Assembly: GCA_020137815.1 (NCBI GenBank)
Contig: CM035354.1
Span: 1,550,001 to 1,614,000, forward strand
DNA from: Hormiphora californensis
Lineage: Eukaryota; Animalia; Ctenophora
Direction of reading: 5' to 3'
Length of the DNA stretch: 64,000 nucleotides
Shown: in pieces, positions 12,607 through 25,527 of the stretch
How positions within the stretch are numbered: the stretch's first letter is position 1
How the letters are laid out: every line of letters begins with the position of its first letter
The notes under the pieces: generated by a model
Databases searched by the model: none
What the model saw: the letters and a program-made list of their open reading frames with translations, nothing else
Told to the model about the DNA's origin: nothing
Position numbers and translations under genes: made by a program

Positions 12607-13182
12607 AAGATAGTGATTATATTGCTAATTACGTGGTCAATTTCCTGATTTCTCTAGCTCTAGATGTTATTTTACATTTAAAGAAACGATCAAGTAATTT
12701 TGAAAAACATTAACACGTTGGACCTAACTTAAACTAAGTAATACTTAGTAACTATACTTCCTAATTTAGTATGCACTTTATTATATTGTACTAATAAAAT
12801 TCAATAATAAGTAATTGCTGTTTATTAATCTTAAATCATTGCAAGACCGAAAGAATTATGAATGTGGTTTACGAAGAGAGAGATTTGTAAGACAAGGAGA
12901 GTAAAACATGCCTATAGAATTAGGACAGACAAAAGGTTCATGAATTTGAGATGATTGTTCCTAGCTATGATTCATCCCGTAGTTTTACAATGACAGCCTT
13001 CTTTAATTGAACACTGACGTGTGTGTAATTTTCCGGTGAAGGAATCTCATTAGAAGTTGTCATCACGATAAAAAATTCACTTTCACTGCACTGAATAACA
13101 GAGATCAACAATAACAATTGAATGATCGATTGCACCTTTCATGGAATCTACCATCGTATATTATACTGATACTAATACTAAC

Positions 13183-13927
13183 GGGTGACAACTAAAAATT
13201 GTTACTAATTTAAAACAGCTGTAGAATTTTTCCCTTTGGAGATACAGCTTCGGGCCAGTGATAGAACGATTTTTCAGACAATTTTGAATCAGGATAACAT
13301 AACGGCGATGAATAAAACATTCATTCTCATAGCGATATCGGATCATTTCCTCTTGCCCCACCAAAGCATATAGTCCGTGAAATCTACACGTTTTTCTAGC
13401 ACCTCTAGCGCCTGTTCTAGTCGAAATAAAGCTTCGGGACAGTGATAGAATGATTTTTCAGACAATTTTGAACGAAATTAACTTTGCTTCAAACTTCATA
13501 AATCTCAATTTCCTGATCAGAATCTTCTGTAACAAAGCGTAGTTTACAGGTAATTTGAGAAATCGCCATCTTCGAAACATTAATGACCGTGGAAACCCAA
13601 CTTCCCAATGAGCCAAAATCTTCAAACTTGGCAGTTATGTTGGTTATGGCATGAACAACCAGACTTCCAATTATGAAAATTCTATCTCATCGGGAAGGTC
13701 GTTTCTGATAACATAGAAATTTCAAATCTCCGTACTATATGCTTTGGTGGGGCAAAAGGAAATGATCCAATATCGCTATGAGAATGAACGTTTTAGTCAT
13801 CGCCGTTATGTTATCCTGATTCAAAATTGTCTGAAAAATCGTTCTATCACTGGCCCGAAGCTGTATCTCAAAAGGGAAAAATTCTACAGCTGTTTTAAAT
13901 TAGTAACAATTTTTAGTTATTCACCCA
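13183..13927. mobile_element. Non-autonomous DNA element with about 195-bp terminal inverted repeats
   Basis: About 13183-13378 is the inverted copy of about 13735-13927. Near-identical ORF translations appear on opposite strands. Confidence 0.75.
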
Positions 13928-13950
13928 CTTGTCTATATATGTATATATAT

Positions 13951-14153
13951 ATTATACCAAAACTAATTGAAATTAGTAGGCCGGAAAGGTTGCCTTACGA
14001 TTTGAGCTACCTTAGGCACCGTAACTTTCACGGGGTATAGACAGGTTACAGATGCTTCGGTTATCTTCAAAAGGGAATGAACCAGTGCCAAAGGTAGCTC
14101 AAATCGTAAGGCAACCTTTCCGGCCTACTAATTTCAATTAGTTTTGGTATAAT
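13951..14153. mobile_element. MITE-like element with about 63-bp inverted arms
   Basis: ATTATACCAAAACTAATTGAAATTAGTAGGCCGG...CCGGCCTACTAATTTCAATTAGTTTTGGTATAAT. Confidence 0.75.
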
Positions 14154-15459
14154 TTGCATCATTTTTGGGATTTTTTATCCATGTAGATTTAGTAGAATAG
14201 GTACAGAGAGGTTAGAATCGCGAAATTGAGAAATTTTCATTTTTGACGTCATTTTGACGTCATAAAATGACGTCACGACGTTGTAACGTCAAAATTATGA
14301 CGTCATATTATCGGGACCACCTAGATGAAGATACTGACCAAGTTTGAGATCGATTGGATGAGATTTGAGTCCGCTATAGCGAGAAAACCCATAACGTCAT
14401 ATCTGTTTTTAAACAGTCATAACACTTCCGACGCGTTTTAAGACCCTTATACGTCTGGTTTTCAAAATTCACAATATGGTTTCTGAAAGTTCAGACAATT
14501 CTCTTTCCATGATATAGTCTTAAATTTTCGATTAGAATCCGTCTTCAGGGTGTTAATTGAGCTCAAAGAATTTTGGTTAGAGTCTGAAAAATGACGACTT
14601 TAAGACGTTCTGTAGGACGTTCCTGGCGATGAAAAGGGACCCCACTACGACTAATGCACACACATCCAGTAGATCTACCAGCTGTGAAAAGATGAAGTCT
14701 CTATCTCTTTTCGTTTGGCGACACATTCACTTATAAAAAGCGTCTCTCCTACGCGCGCGCGCGCGCATGCCTGTTACACTGAATTTAGGGCAAATGGGAC
14801 CTGTCTGTAACTTCGGTTCCAGATGAGATAGAGACTTGAAATTTTGAACTTGAGTCAAAGACCCCAAGCCGGGTATACATTCCAAATTTCAAGCCAAACG
14901 GATGAAAGGGAGCCACGCTATAGCCTTCTGAAATCTGGATTTTCAGCCAAACACCCATAAAACGTATAACTGCGTTTCTGGCGGCGCTTTTTGAGGGGGG
15001 GGGGGAATGGCAACCTTTGCGCTTGCCAGCGCAGTGATATATAAGGAAATGAGAATCAAATAACAACACCGTTATACAGATAGCCTACAATTTCTACTAC
15101 TATTGCAATAGTATAGCAGGCTGCAGGGATAAACGGGAAATGGAAGACTATGGAACTATAGGACGTTTATATAAAGGATAAAAGAAAGGGTTGATTATAT
15201 ATAGAAGCACAAAACAGTATAGCTATAGAGTATCTATTATTCATCGATATAGAATCAATAGAATAGGCATGTCTATTGTCTATTCTATAGATTTAGTAGA
15301 ATGTGCAATAAAGGCTAATTAAAGTTAAGACCAAGTAAAGACCAAGTAAAGACCAAAATGTTGGTTGTGGATTGCACATCCTACACAACTATACGTAAAA
15401 AATAGACTGTATTAACTTCAATGTGGCCTAAATATTTGTAACTTGGTTCCTGTACCACC

Positions 15460-15830
15460 AGAGAGAGAGAGGATAGAGAGCGATAGAGCGCGCGATAGAG
15501 ATCTGATACTCGCTAGAGCTAGTAGATAGAGATGAGATAGAGGGAGAGAGAGATCTATATAGATATAGCGATACCTCCAGCAGAGAGACAGCGAGGGCTA
15601 TCCTCTACTTTCTCTCGATCTTCTCTAATCTTCTCTAGCTCGCCATCTCTCTCCTTCCTCTCGCTCTCCTCTCCTTCTCCTCTCCTCATCTCTCCTACTC
15701 CTCTTCTCTTTCCTCTCTCCTGGCCTCTCTCTCTCTCTCTCTATCGCTCGCTACGCTCTCTGATCTCTCTCTCTCTCTTCTACTCTACTCTCTCTCTCTC
15801 TCCTTCCATCCTCTCTGCTCTCTTTCTTCC
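15460..15830. repeat. Degenerate (GA)n followed by (TC)n low-complexity tract
   Basis: A purine-rich half is followed by a pyrimidine-rich half, both irregularly interrupted. Confidence 0.7.
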
Positions 15831-18800
15831 TTCTCTTTCCCTCTAGCCTTGGAAGAGAGATTTAGTGGTCTGGAAACTATTTGCTGAACGGAGCTTTTCT
15901 GAATCAGCTTTTCGAGACGAATCCAACGCAACCGGATTAAGCTTTTTATCTTATCGAGATGTCGTAGGGCCACTTCATTGATCATTCATATCATTGTTAG
16001 TGAGTGAGCCAATCAGAGGCTAGAAGTTCGTAATGAAAACCAAAACCCAAAAGCTTTTGTATCACTTTTGCTTTTTCCCGTAGTTGTTTTCTCTTAATAA
16101 CGTCTAAAATCAGCGTCCTGGCCCATAATAGTACATTTATAAACAGTTTACTGGTTTGGTGTGTGGGGGACACATGAGTTTACTGGTTTACCAATTGGTT
16201 CACAACATCATCAATACTTGTGTGTCATTTGTTGTGTCATGGACGTCCTGGCCGTTCGTTCAGCGGGTTTGTAAGTTCGGCAACAATAAAAATTGACGTA
16301 AAAGGGCGAATAAAGAGGGCCAGCCGGGAGGGATTGTCATCAGCCCGTGCTTGAGGCACACCCGGGTGTGTGCTAATATAAGAATACTCTGTACATATTG
16401 ACGAGTGATGTGCCTCTTAGCACAAAGAAAGGTTTACCTCACTAGGTTTAGTTAGATGTATAGTTAGAATTATAATATTAAACTCCTACTGGTAAATCCT
16501 CTCTGGGATTAAATCTATCATGTGCCCTCCTTCATCAATATTAATATGATCGGTGCTACTCGATCCTTCGCCTGCACTGGACAGTGGACACCCTGCCCCC
16601 TTTTTTATACGGTTAGGCATCATCTTCAAAAGATGGCTCTTTATTATTTTCAACTATAAATATGTACATGTATACGCAGCGGGTCGCACGGGTATCGACA
16701 GCAGGAGTGTGTTGTTATTGAGTTGAATTTGCTCGCAGTTTTGATATATCCCGGAATGTAATTTACAGGGTACAAGTAACTAAATAAGGCCCATTAAGTT
16801 ACAAATTTGGAAACTGGTATTCTAGCTTCCAGTGTCACATCGAAGTGATGACACTATACGTAGCGCTACTTTCATTGCAATTCCATCGAAATTCGGTCAC
16901 GTGACCGTAGATGACGTGCACAGCATGGTTCATCAGGAGTCTCCCAGCTGGAAACTGGCGCCAGTTTCCAATTTGTATAACTGGAGCGTAACACACAAAA
17001 ACACAACACTGAAGGGGCAATGTGTGTTATATCACATCACTGTGGCAATGGGGCGCCCCATTACCACTTTTTGAAAAAGTCTATGCTATGACAGTAAGGA
17101 ATGGTTGACAACAGACAAAGGGGCATGATTGAGATAGCAAATAAGGGAGCCATTCCGATCTCTCATAGTGTGATAAAGTTTGATAAAGTTGTTGTGTGTC
17201 TGAAGGACCACGCACAATGTTTTGGCCTGTTTGTGTGAAATTGTGTGTCTTTGAAATGTGTTTTTTACCTTCTCTCTCCACTATATAAACTGTATTTTAC
17301 TGTTTACCTTGGTTCATAACATCAATACCTATATCATGTGTCACGTGTGTGTTTGTGTGTGTATACACATTTATTGAGCAAGCTACCTGCTACGTGCCTG
17401 ACGTAGTTGATACCACTATAATAAACAAGACAGATATAGTTAGATAGATTCATAGATCATTTGTAAACAGTTATAGTTTGATACGGGCGGCTGGCTGTGT
17501 AACGAGTATCAGCTATACATAAACACCGTATTTCACTTCCTTAATTTTCCCAATGTTCTTTGCATGCTCATAGTCTGTTTCCCGCCCCCTCCCCTCCTGC
17601 AGGCATGTAGGGGACGTTTTGGAAGTACTCTGTCCTCTCCTACATGCGTGCCCTCTCTGTTCAGTTCCCCGCCCATCTCTGCTTAGTTCCCCGCCCATCT
17701 CTGTGCTGAATAAAATGCTGTGTGTGTGTGTAGGATTAGTCCTGTATCACCCTGATTTGTCCTACGTACAGCATTTTATCCAGGGGCCCTGATTTGGTTT
17801 TAAAATTAACGGGATCCGGTTGCCACTTTGAAGAATCTTCATTGAGTCTTTCGCAGCAGTAAGAATTCGCTTACCTAACCCATTCTTTTTTCCGACTTTC
17901 GCCGTAGTAACATGTTGTTAAAACAGTAATTTTGCTTTTGAATTTTAAACAGATCAACCACTAGCAGCTGGGAATTGGAGGCAAGTTTTAAGAGAGTCTA
18001 TAGAGGTTTGTAAGCTGTATGCACACTAGCATTCGCAAGCACGATACACACGTCACACAGAAATACACATCCATACACTTTTTACTGATATTGTTGGGAA
18101 AATTGCGATGTCTTGAACATATATTACCTCCTGAATCACTGAATGTTGTTATACTTTGTTTTACTCCAGAAAGACACAATTATATTTTGGGTGACAAGTC
18201 CCATGTTCACAGTAAACAGTTGTAGTACATGTTAATATGCTCGTTATATATTTACATGTTACGCATATAATAGTCACACACTATATTGAGAGTGCCCTGT
18301 TGTTTAAGGACCACACATGTGTGTTGGGACACCTGTTGTTTGTGCTCTTATACATTCTCTCTTTCTTTATCTACCTCTCTCTTTCCCTCTCTCTTTTTCC
18401 CTCTCTCTTCTTATTATGTTGTACATGCAGAGATGAGAGATGTTAACCCTTGGCCTATACCATTACTAACATCTCAGGTCCTTTTACATTTTCACCATGA
18501 ACTCGTACCTTACGGTTCACCTTGCATTGTTTTATTCATACTCTTCATCATCTTTAGACTAAGGACTTTAGTCCTTGTATAATAGTGTTGTCTTTCTTTC
18601 TCTCTTTTTTTAAGATCGATGCAAGGATGATCTACCTAGTTTTCATCGCGTCCGCCTTTTCCAAGCTCAATCTGAAGCATTTGTCTTCTGCTGTGAATGC
18701 ATGTATGCTGTATAGCGGTGCAGCTTCAGGAGCTCCATGGAGAGAGATCAGTAATTGGTATCCATTATATGTAGATCGGTACACGTCCTATGCTTATACA

Positions 18801-19194
18801 TCTGACTGCTCTTCCTATAATAATTGGTCTCTCTCTCCCTTTCTTTCTTTCTTTCTCTCCCTCTCTCTCCCTCTCCCTCTCCCTCTATCTCTCCCTCTAT
18901 CTCCTCTATTTCTCTCTCCCTTCTCTCTATGATGATAATCGTTCGCACGTGTTCCAGTTGAGTCTCAACGTGTGCACTATAACATGTACCATTTTGTATC
19001 TCCGATATATGTTCTATAGGTCTTTGCTGCATTTTGGTTGATTCCCATTATACGACACTTGTATCATTGTATAAAGCTAATCCTGTTGTTGAAGGTAGGA
19101 AGCAATTGTTTCCATGGGAACGATACCTGGCAGTAATCGTATGAGAGTTGAATATACTACACGTCTTTCCTGAATTCCAGTAGCCATGACTACG

Positions 19195-20535
19195 CACGGC
19201 GTGCCTGGTGAAATTTTAACACGACCTAGCATGCGACGGGAAACCACCACTTGTACGTGGTAGCTGAGGGTCTACAGAATGGCGCTACGGTGCGGGAAAA
19301 AACATTCCATTCCCTAAAATCGTTTTTTTTACTTTTATTTGATTTGGGTCAAAATTGGCTATATTAAACGTGGTCTCGAAAAATCCATAATGACTTAGCA
19401 CACGAAATATGTCACCCCCACCTATTTTTGCACGTAGAATCGATTGCCGTTGAAGTCGAATCTCTAAAATGACTGTAAAATGGTCAAAAGTTGATTTTTT
19501 ACCATTTTTTGGAGGTTTTTGGCCCCTAAACCATTGAAAACGTTGAGATAGGAATTTGAAACTGGTGCCAATCGTTAAAATGGTCATTTTTCTAACAAGA
19601 ACCAAGTTTTCGTGTATATCCGATTTATGGTTAGATTTGGGCAAATTGTTGAAATCTGCCAACTAGGAGAACCGTAACTTGATTTTCTTGTTTTTTGGAT
19701 TTTGGCATTTTCGACAAACTTCTGATTGAAATGGTCAATCGGGACCATGCTTAAGTTGTTTATGGGACAATTTTCGACTAAAATCCAAGATTTCATACCA
19801 ATCCAATAACAGATCGTTGATTTATAGAAAATTTAAGTAGGCAAAACGGTGAAAATAAGCAAGAAAAGTTGTCATTTTGACCGTTTTGCCTACTTAAATT
19901 TTCTATAAATCAACGATCTGTTATTGGATTGGTATGAAATCTTGGATTTTAGTCGAAAATTATCCCATAAACAACTTAAGCATGGTCCCGATTGACCATT
20001 TCAATCAGAAGTTTGTCGAAAATGCCAAAATCCAAAAAACAAGAAAATCAAGTTACGGTTCTCCTAGTTGGCAGATTTCAACAATTTGCCCAAATCTAAC
20101 CATAAATCGGATATACACGAAAACTTGGTTCTTGGTAGAAAAATGACCATTTTAACGATTGGCACCAGTTTCAAATTCCTATCTCAACGTTTTCAATGGT
20201 TTAGGGGCCAAAAACCTCCAAAAAATGGTAAAAAATCAACTTTTGACCATTTTACAGTCATTTTAGAGATTCGACTTCAACGGCAATCGATTCTACGTGC
20301 AAAAATAGGTGGGGGTGACATATTTCGTGTGCTAAGTCATTATGGATTTTTCGGGACCACGTTTAATATAGCCAATTTTGACCCAAATCAAATAAAAGTA
20401 AAAAAAAAGATTTTAGGGAATGGAATGTTTTTTCCCGCACCGTAGCGCCATTCTGTAGACCCTCAGCTACCACGTACAAGTGGTGGTTTCCCGTCGCATG
20501 CTAGGTCGTGTTAAAATTTCACCAGGCACGCCGTG
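19195..20535. mobile_element. 1.34-kb near-perfect palindromic non-autonomous DNA transposon, Chapaev/CMC-like termini
   Basis: Arms about 19195-19850 and 19880-20535. Termini are CACGG...CCGTG. The 4-bp TSD TACG lies at 19191-19194 and 20536-20539. Confidence 0.85.
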
Positions 20536-20727
20536 TACGGTACGTTAACTTGATCATTCCTCACAATGGAAGCGGGGATTCTCTTTCTAAAATTTATACA
20601 CATTTAAAGTCCCTGGCAGTTATAGCCAGTGCTTCTCCTCTTCTTTCCCTCCAAATAGTACAGCAATTATTAATTATTCGTTGTTATTTTGTTTTTCTGT
20701 GTTCAATTATTTATCATTTTGCAGGTT

Positions 20728-23700
20728 ATGTTACCATGGTTGGTGTGTCTGGTTACCATGGTAACTGCATCTCACTACAGAGTTCCACGAGAATCCTCCA
20801 ATCTCACTCATCCAACACTGAGGATAGCCCACGGTGACAACGCAGACTCAGGAGAGTTTCCCTTCGTAGTAAGTATTGTACAGATACCAAGTTGCACTCC
20901 ATCCATTGGATAAAGTTTCAGTTACTCCTTCATATAAAATTCCAATACTCCTTCATAAACACATTTGTCGTCTAGGGACTACTTATCCAAGTGACGGGGT
21001 TCACGGAACTGTCCCTCTACCAAAGTATGTGTGGAGGCTCCATCATATCCAACAGGATCATCCTTACAGCAGCCCACTGTGTAATTAAGTCTACCTTGGT
21101 GGATCTCAGTGGATCGGAGAAGGTCGACGAGATATTTCACCCTCGGAATCTTCAGGTACTGAATTAATTAATTATTATTAATTATCCAAAACTTCTCATG
21201 AACTCATAGTCAGGTACTTATCAGGTACTGCAGTACAGTGCTCCGTACTCATAAATTCTCAGCCAGAGTTAAACTCTACTTTTATTTTCTGAGACGCATG
21301 CCAGCGTACCACTATAATAATAATTGGTGGCTCTAACTAACTATTAATATAACTAACTATTAATATAACTAACTAACTAACTGTAATTTCGAATCTTTCC
21401 ACCGTTTCCTTTTAATTTTGCCTAATATACAAAAAATGGGGTACAACTGCAGTTTAACAGCATAATTTAGCAGCATAATTTAGTATTCCCAGAGAATCCT
21501 TTGACTAAGAGAATCCTCAATAATATATTCCACGCGGGGGGAGACCCTTCCAAAATATAAATCCTCTATATTTCACGCGGGGGGAGACCCTTCCAAAATA
21601 TTAATACAAATCCTCTATATTTCACGCCGGCGGAGACCCTTCCAAAATATTAATACAAATCCTCTATATTTCACGCCGGCGGAGACCCTTCCAAAATATA
21701 AATCCTTTATATATTTCAGTTTCACGCCGGGGAAACGAACCTCTTTACGGACGAGAACACAGAGGCAATTTACAACATCGTGGGGGTGATTGTCCACGAG
21801 GACTACGATGGAGAGACAATAACCAATGATATAGCCATGTTAATTACCCAGGAAGAGATTGAAATGAGTTCTACTGTGGCGCCCATTGCCCTGCCAACCA
21901 GTTCTGATAGCTCCATGTACGATGTAGGGTCCCCTGTTACTGTCATAGGTAATATTGATCTACTGTATGCTGTACGAGTTGCTAAAGCTTGTACCGTACA
22001 TGAACTGGTCATTTTACCACGCAGAGAACCCAACCCGGAGTTCGGGACGCCATGGTAACCATGGAGTTCGGGGCGCTAGATAGCTATTAGGGGTTGCTAT
22101 GTGTCTAGATATAGCTATTCATTGAATTCCAGGTTGGGGAAAACTGAGGACGGGGAGACGACTCACCTTGATAACCATTGTAGCCATGGTAACCATGGTA
22201 ACCATGTTTGCATTTCAGGTTGGGGTACCACAGAGGACGGAGAGACGACTCACCTTCTACAGAAGTTGGAGTATTCATTCCCTGGTATGGAAGCATGTAA
22301 GGCAGCGTATGCCACTGGTATGATTGAGGACGGGATGGTGTGTACAGGAGAGAAGCCAATGACACAAGAACATAGTGGCACCGGGGATTCAGGTGTGTTT
22401 GTTTGTGTGTTTGTTTGTTCGATTTGTTTGTTTGTTTGTGTGTTTGTTCGATTTGTTTGTTTGTATGTGTGTTTGTTCGATTTGTTTGTTTGTGTGTTTG
22501 TTTGTTTGTATGTTGGTTTATTTGTTTGTGTGTTTGTTTGTTTGAGACCGGTGCTTTATGTACATATTATCACGGATTATAGGGTATCATGCGGCAGTGC
22601 AAAATCTAGCCATTTCTTGTTGAGACTTTTTCAAACGTGGGGTGCGGCTGAGTCGAGTGGTTTAGTGCCATTTTGGAAAACCGCCAGTGACGGGGGCGCC
22701 ACTGACGCACAATTATTAGACTGGGTCTCTCTGGGATTTAACCGGATTCTCCCCTCTCTGCGGGGAATTATTTTAAATACCTGCCAGGCCAATGCTCGAT
22801 AACCGCTGTTCTCGCGTGAAATGAAAATAGGGTCAATGCTCTGACTAGACAGTAAAGATTCGTGTTAATTGCAAGGTGTACCTTTGTAACCATGGTAACC
22901 ATGGTAACCATGGGTATATTTCAGGTGGTCCTCTCTTCACCAAGAAGGACGGTGACTGGATGCAGTTAGCGCTGGTAACCATGGTAACCATGTGTGTATT
23001 TCAGGTGGTCCTCTCTTCACCAAGAAGGACGGTGACTGGATGCAGTTAGCGCTGGTGAGCTGGGGTCCAGAAAGCCAAACCCACTCCAGCTATGATGTAA
23101 ATACTGATGTCCTCTATTACAAAGATTGGATCTCAACCCACATGGACGCGTGAGTAACCATGGCAACCATGGTGATTTCATTTCGGTCGCCTTGGTTTTT
23201 ATGAAAATGGTAACCATAGTAACCATAGTAACCATGGTACAATAATTTTAGAGCGTTCACTGAGTATGTTGATACTAAGACGGCGACTGATACCACGCAG
23301 GAGGTGATTCTAATAGGATCCCTACGAAACTACCTTTACAAAACGGTTACCATTACTCCTGCGGATTCCTTGAAATTTACCCAGATAAGTGAGTTACTTT
23401 GATTTGGAAGCTTGTTAAATCCAGAATATAAGTGAGTATTTAAATTGTTAACGAGTTCTACAGGATAGAAATAACAGCTATAGTTAAGTTATGCGACATG
23501 CTGAGTAGTTTAACTCAGCCAAATTAGCAGTCGAGACTAAACTACACAAAAATAACAAATCGTATTTTCTAAAACCCATGGAGGAGTTGATTTATTAAGC
23601 TAATCACTATCAATATTATACAGCGATAACAGAGGGAGAGATGAATGAGTACGACTTTATAATTATCTATGATGGTGTGGACGTTGTGACCGACCAAATG

Positions 23701-24628
23701 CTGGCAATGCTAACAGGAACAATCACAGACAAAACTTTCACCGCAACCTCTAACAAGGTGATATCTTTATGAAGGAGCATTTGAAATGAAAACAAATTAA
23801 AGAGCAAGACATCTTGTGGCGAAGTTACATGGCGTCATACTTTAGGTACGCAGGAAAGAGTGCCATTCCCTCCTACCTCTCGAATCCTCTCCTAGAACTT
23901 CGTCGGGGTGTTCCGTTGACAGGTGTTCTCCAAGTGGTGTCTTGTTGTTGCCCATCCGGGAACTATTTTCGTTCCATTTTCGTGTCATACTTTAGAAATC
24001 ATTAACAACTTCATGTTTGTTTCAGGGCCTTACACTTGTCATAATGACGGGAAAGTATGGTGAATCAGATGGGTTCACATTTCAATTCAAGCAAGTGGCT
24101 GAAAGGGGGACCTCAACCAACTTGGAATGCAGTCAAGGGTAATCAATTCTCCATGACGTTATGCTAATTGAGGCTCTATTATAAATAACTATAGATACAG
24201 ATATAATGACATCCGAATAGTCCAGAAGTTTCCAATTTTACTCCTTCATAAAATACCGTATCTAACTGCTCCTTTATAAACAATGCCCGTTTCTAGGTAT
24301 ACAGCGTGTGGAGATAAGTACTATTGTATACACGATGATTTGGTCTGTGATGGGAGCGAATACGGTGACTGTAAGTTCTACTACTATAGGATATATTTCA
24401 ACACGGCATTTTATCCTCCAAAAACAACTAACAAGATGTGGTCAGAGTTTCTAATTCGAAATTGTTTTCCTAAACGCAGGTTATGATGCATTGGATGAAA
24501 ATAACTGTGGAAGTAACAACAATAACAATAACAATAACAATGGTGATGGTAAAAACTCTGCAGACTCGATACATAGCTCTGTACTATTGACACTGATTCT
24601 AGCAGTTTTTAGAACTTTAGTTTATTAG
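20728..24628 (+). CDS. S1A serine protease with signal peptide, C-terminal CUB-like and LDLa domains and a probable GPI-anchor signal
   Basis: Ten phase-consistent exons: 20728-20868, 20976-21155, 21720-21948, 22219-22392, 23005-23149, 23252-23388, 23624-23757, 24026-24138, 24297-24370, 24480-24628. Protease motifs R|IAHG, CGGS, TAAHC, DIAML, GWG, GDSGGP, VSWG. CUB-like YDFIIIYDG...GF. LDLa CIHDDLVCDG...DC..ALDENNC. Hydrophobic tail SSVLLTLILAVFRTLVY*. Confidence 0.9.
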
Positions 24629-25527
24629 CATAATCGATATCATGTGATTTTGTACAAAAGTAAATCTTGTTTTGTGTGGGGGGGTTGGATTTTACAGAGA
24701 GAGTTTAAGTTTAATAAAAGTTTAATTGAAACTGTATAAAGCATTCAAAGTTATAGTGTGCTTTGTTATTTTAGCCGTTTTAAGGGGTTATATTTTTGTG
24801 TGTGATCAGATATATCTGTTGGTTACTGTCAAGTGGTGTGTATGTGTTGATTTTTTATAGCTTTCAGACTTTTCTTACCTTCAATAAAAACAGACTTGTA
24901 GTTCTATAATAGGAGATTATCTTGCGGGGTGTGGGTAGGGAGGGTCGAACAAAATATTCTCTGCATGCAGGAGCTACGAGACCAAATGAGAAAACTGCAG
25001 CCCAGTCGGAGCAAGGAGGAGGGAGGGTCGAACAAGGCAAATGATAAAACTGCATCCCAGTGGGAGCATTGAGCAAGGATCTGTTATGTTCTAACCCTTC
25101 TAAACCATCCTTTACATGGGTAGAGAGAGAGGGTTGTTGAGTAAGGGGTGGAGGACAACAGGGGGAGAGAGAACAAGGATCTGCATAGTAATCTCTGCTG
25201 CTGCAGTGCAGTGGGCAAGTTTTTTTACGTCATGTCTTGAAATGACGGCCGGTACTATACATTATAACATCCGGAGGGAGAAAACTAAACTTCCTCATTG
25301 ATATGCAGCTCTAATAAACAATCAACCGATCCTTATTATTTCTATGCACCGAACAGAACATTTCTCTCTATCGAGTGGTAGGCACATGTTGTATTGTTCA
25401 TACTATTATTAACAGCACAAGGCATGCATGTTGTAATTGTACGAGCTCCTCATGTCACCCTACACTCTTTTATCACACAAACCCGGGGCAGCCCTCACAT
25501 GATACACACCGTACTACTACTAGTATT

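Noticed and set aside
16200-19190. Scattered exon-like segments with splice-like sites
   Set aside because: I could not build a consistent reading frame or recognise a domain. A gene here cannot be excluded.
19285-20445. Mirror-image 125-aa and 70-aa ORFs
   Set aside because: They are by-products of the palindrome and carry no transposase motifs.
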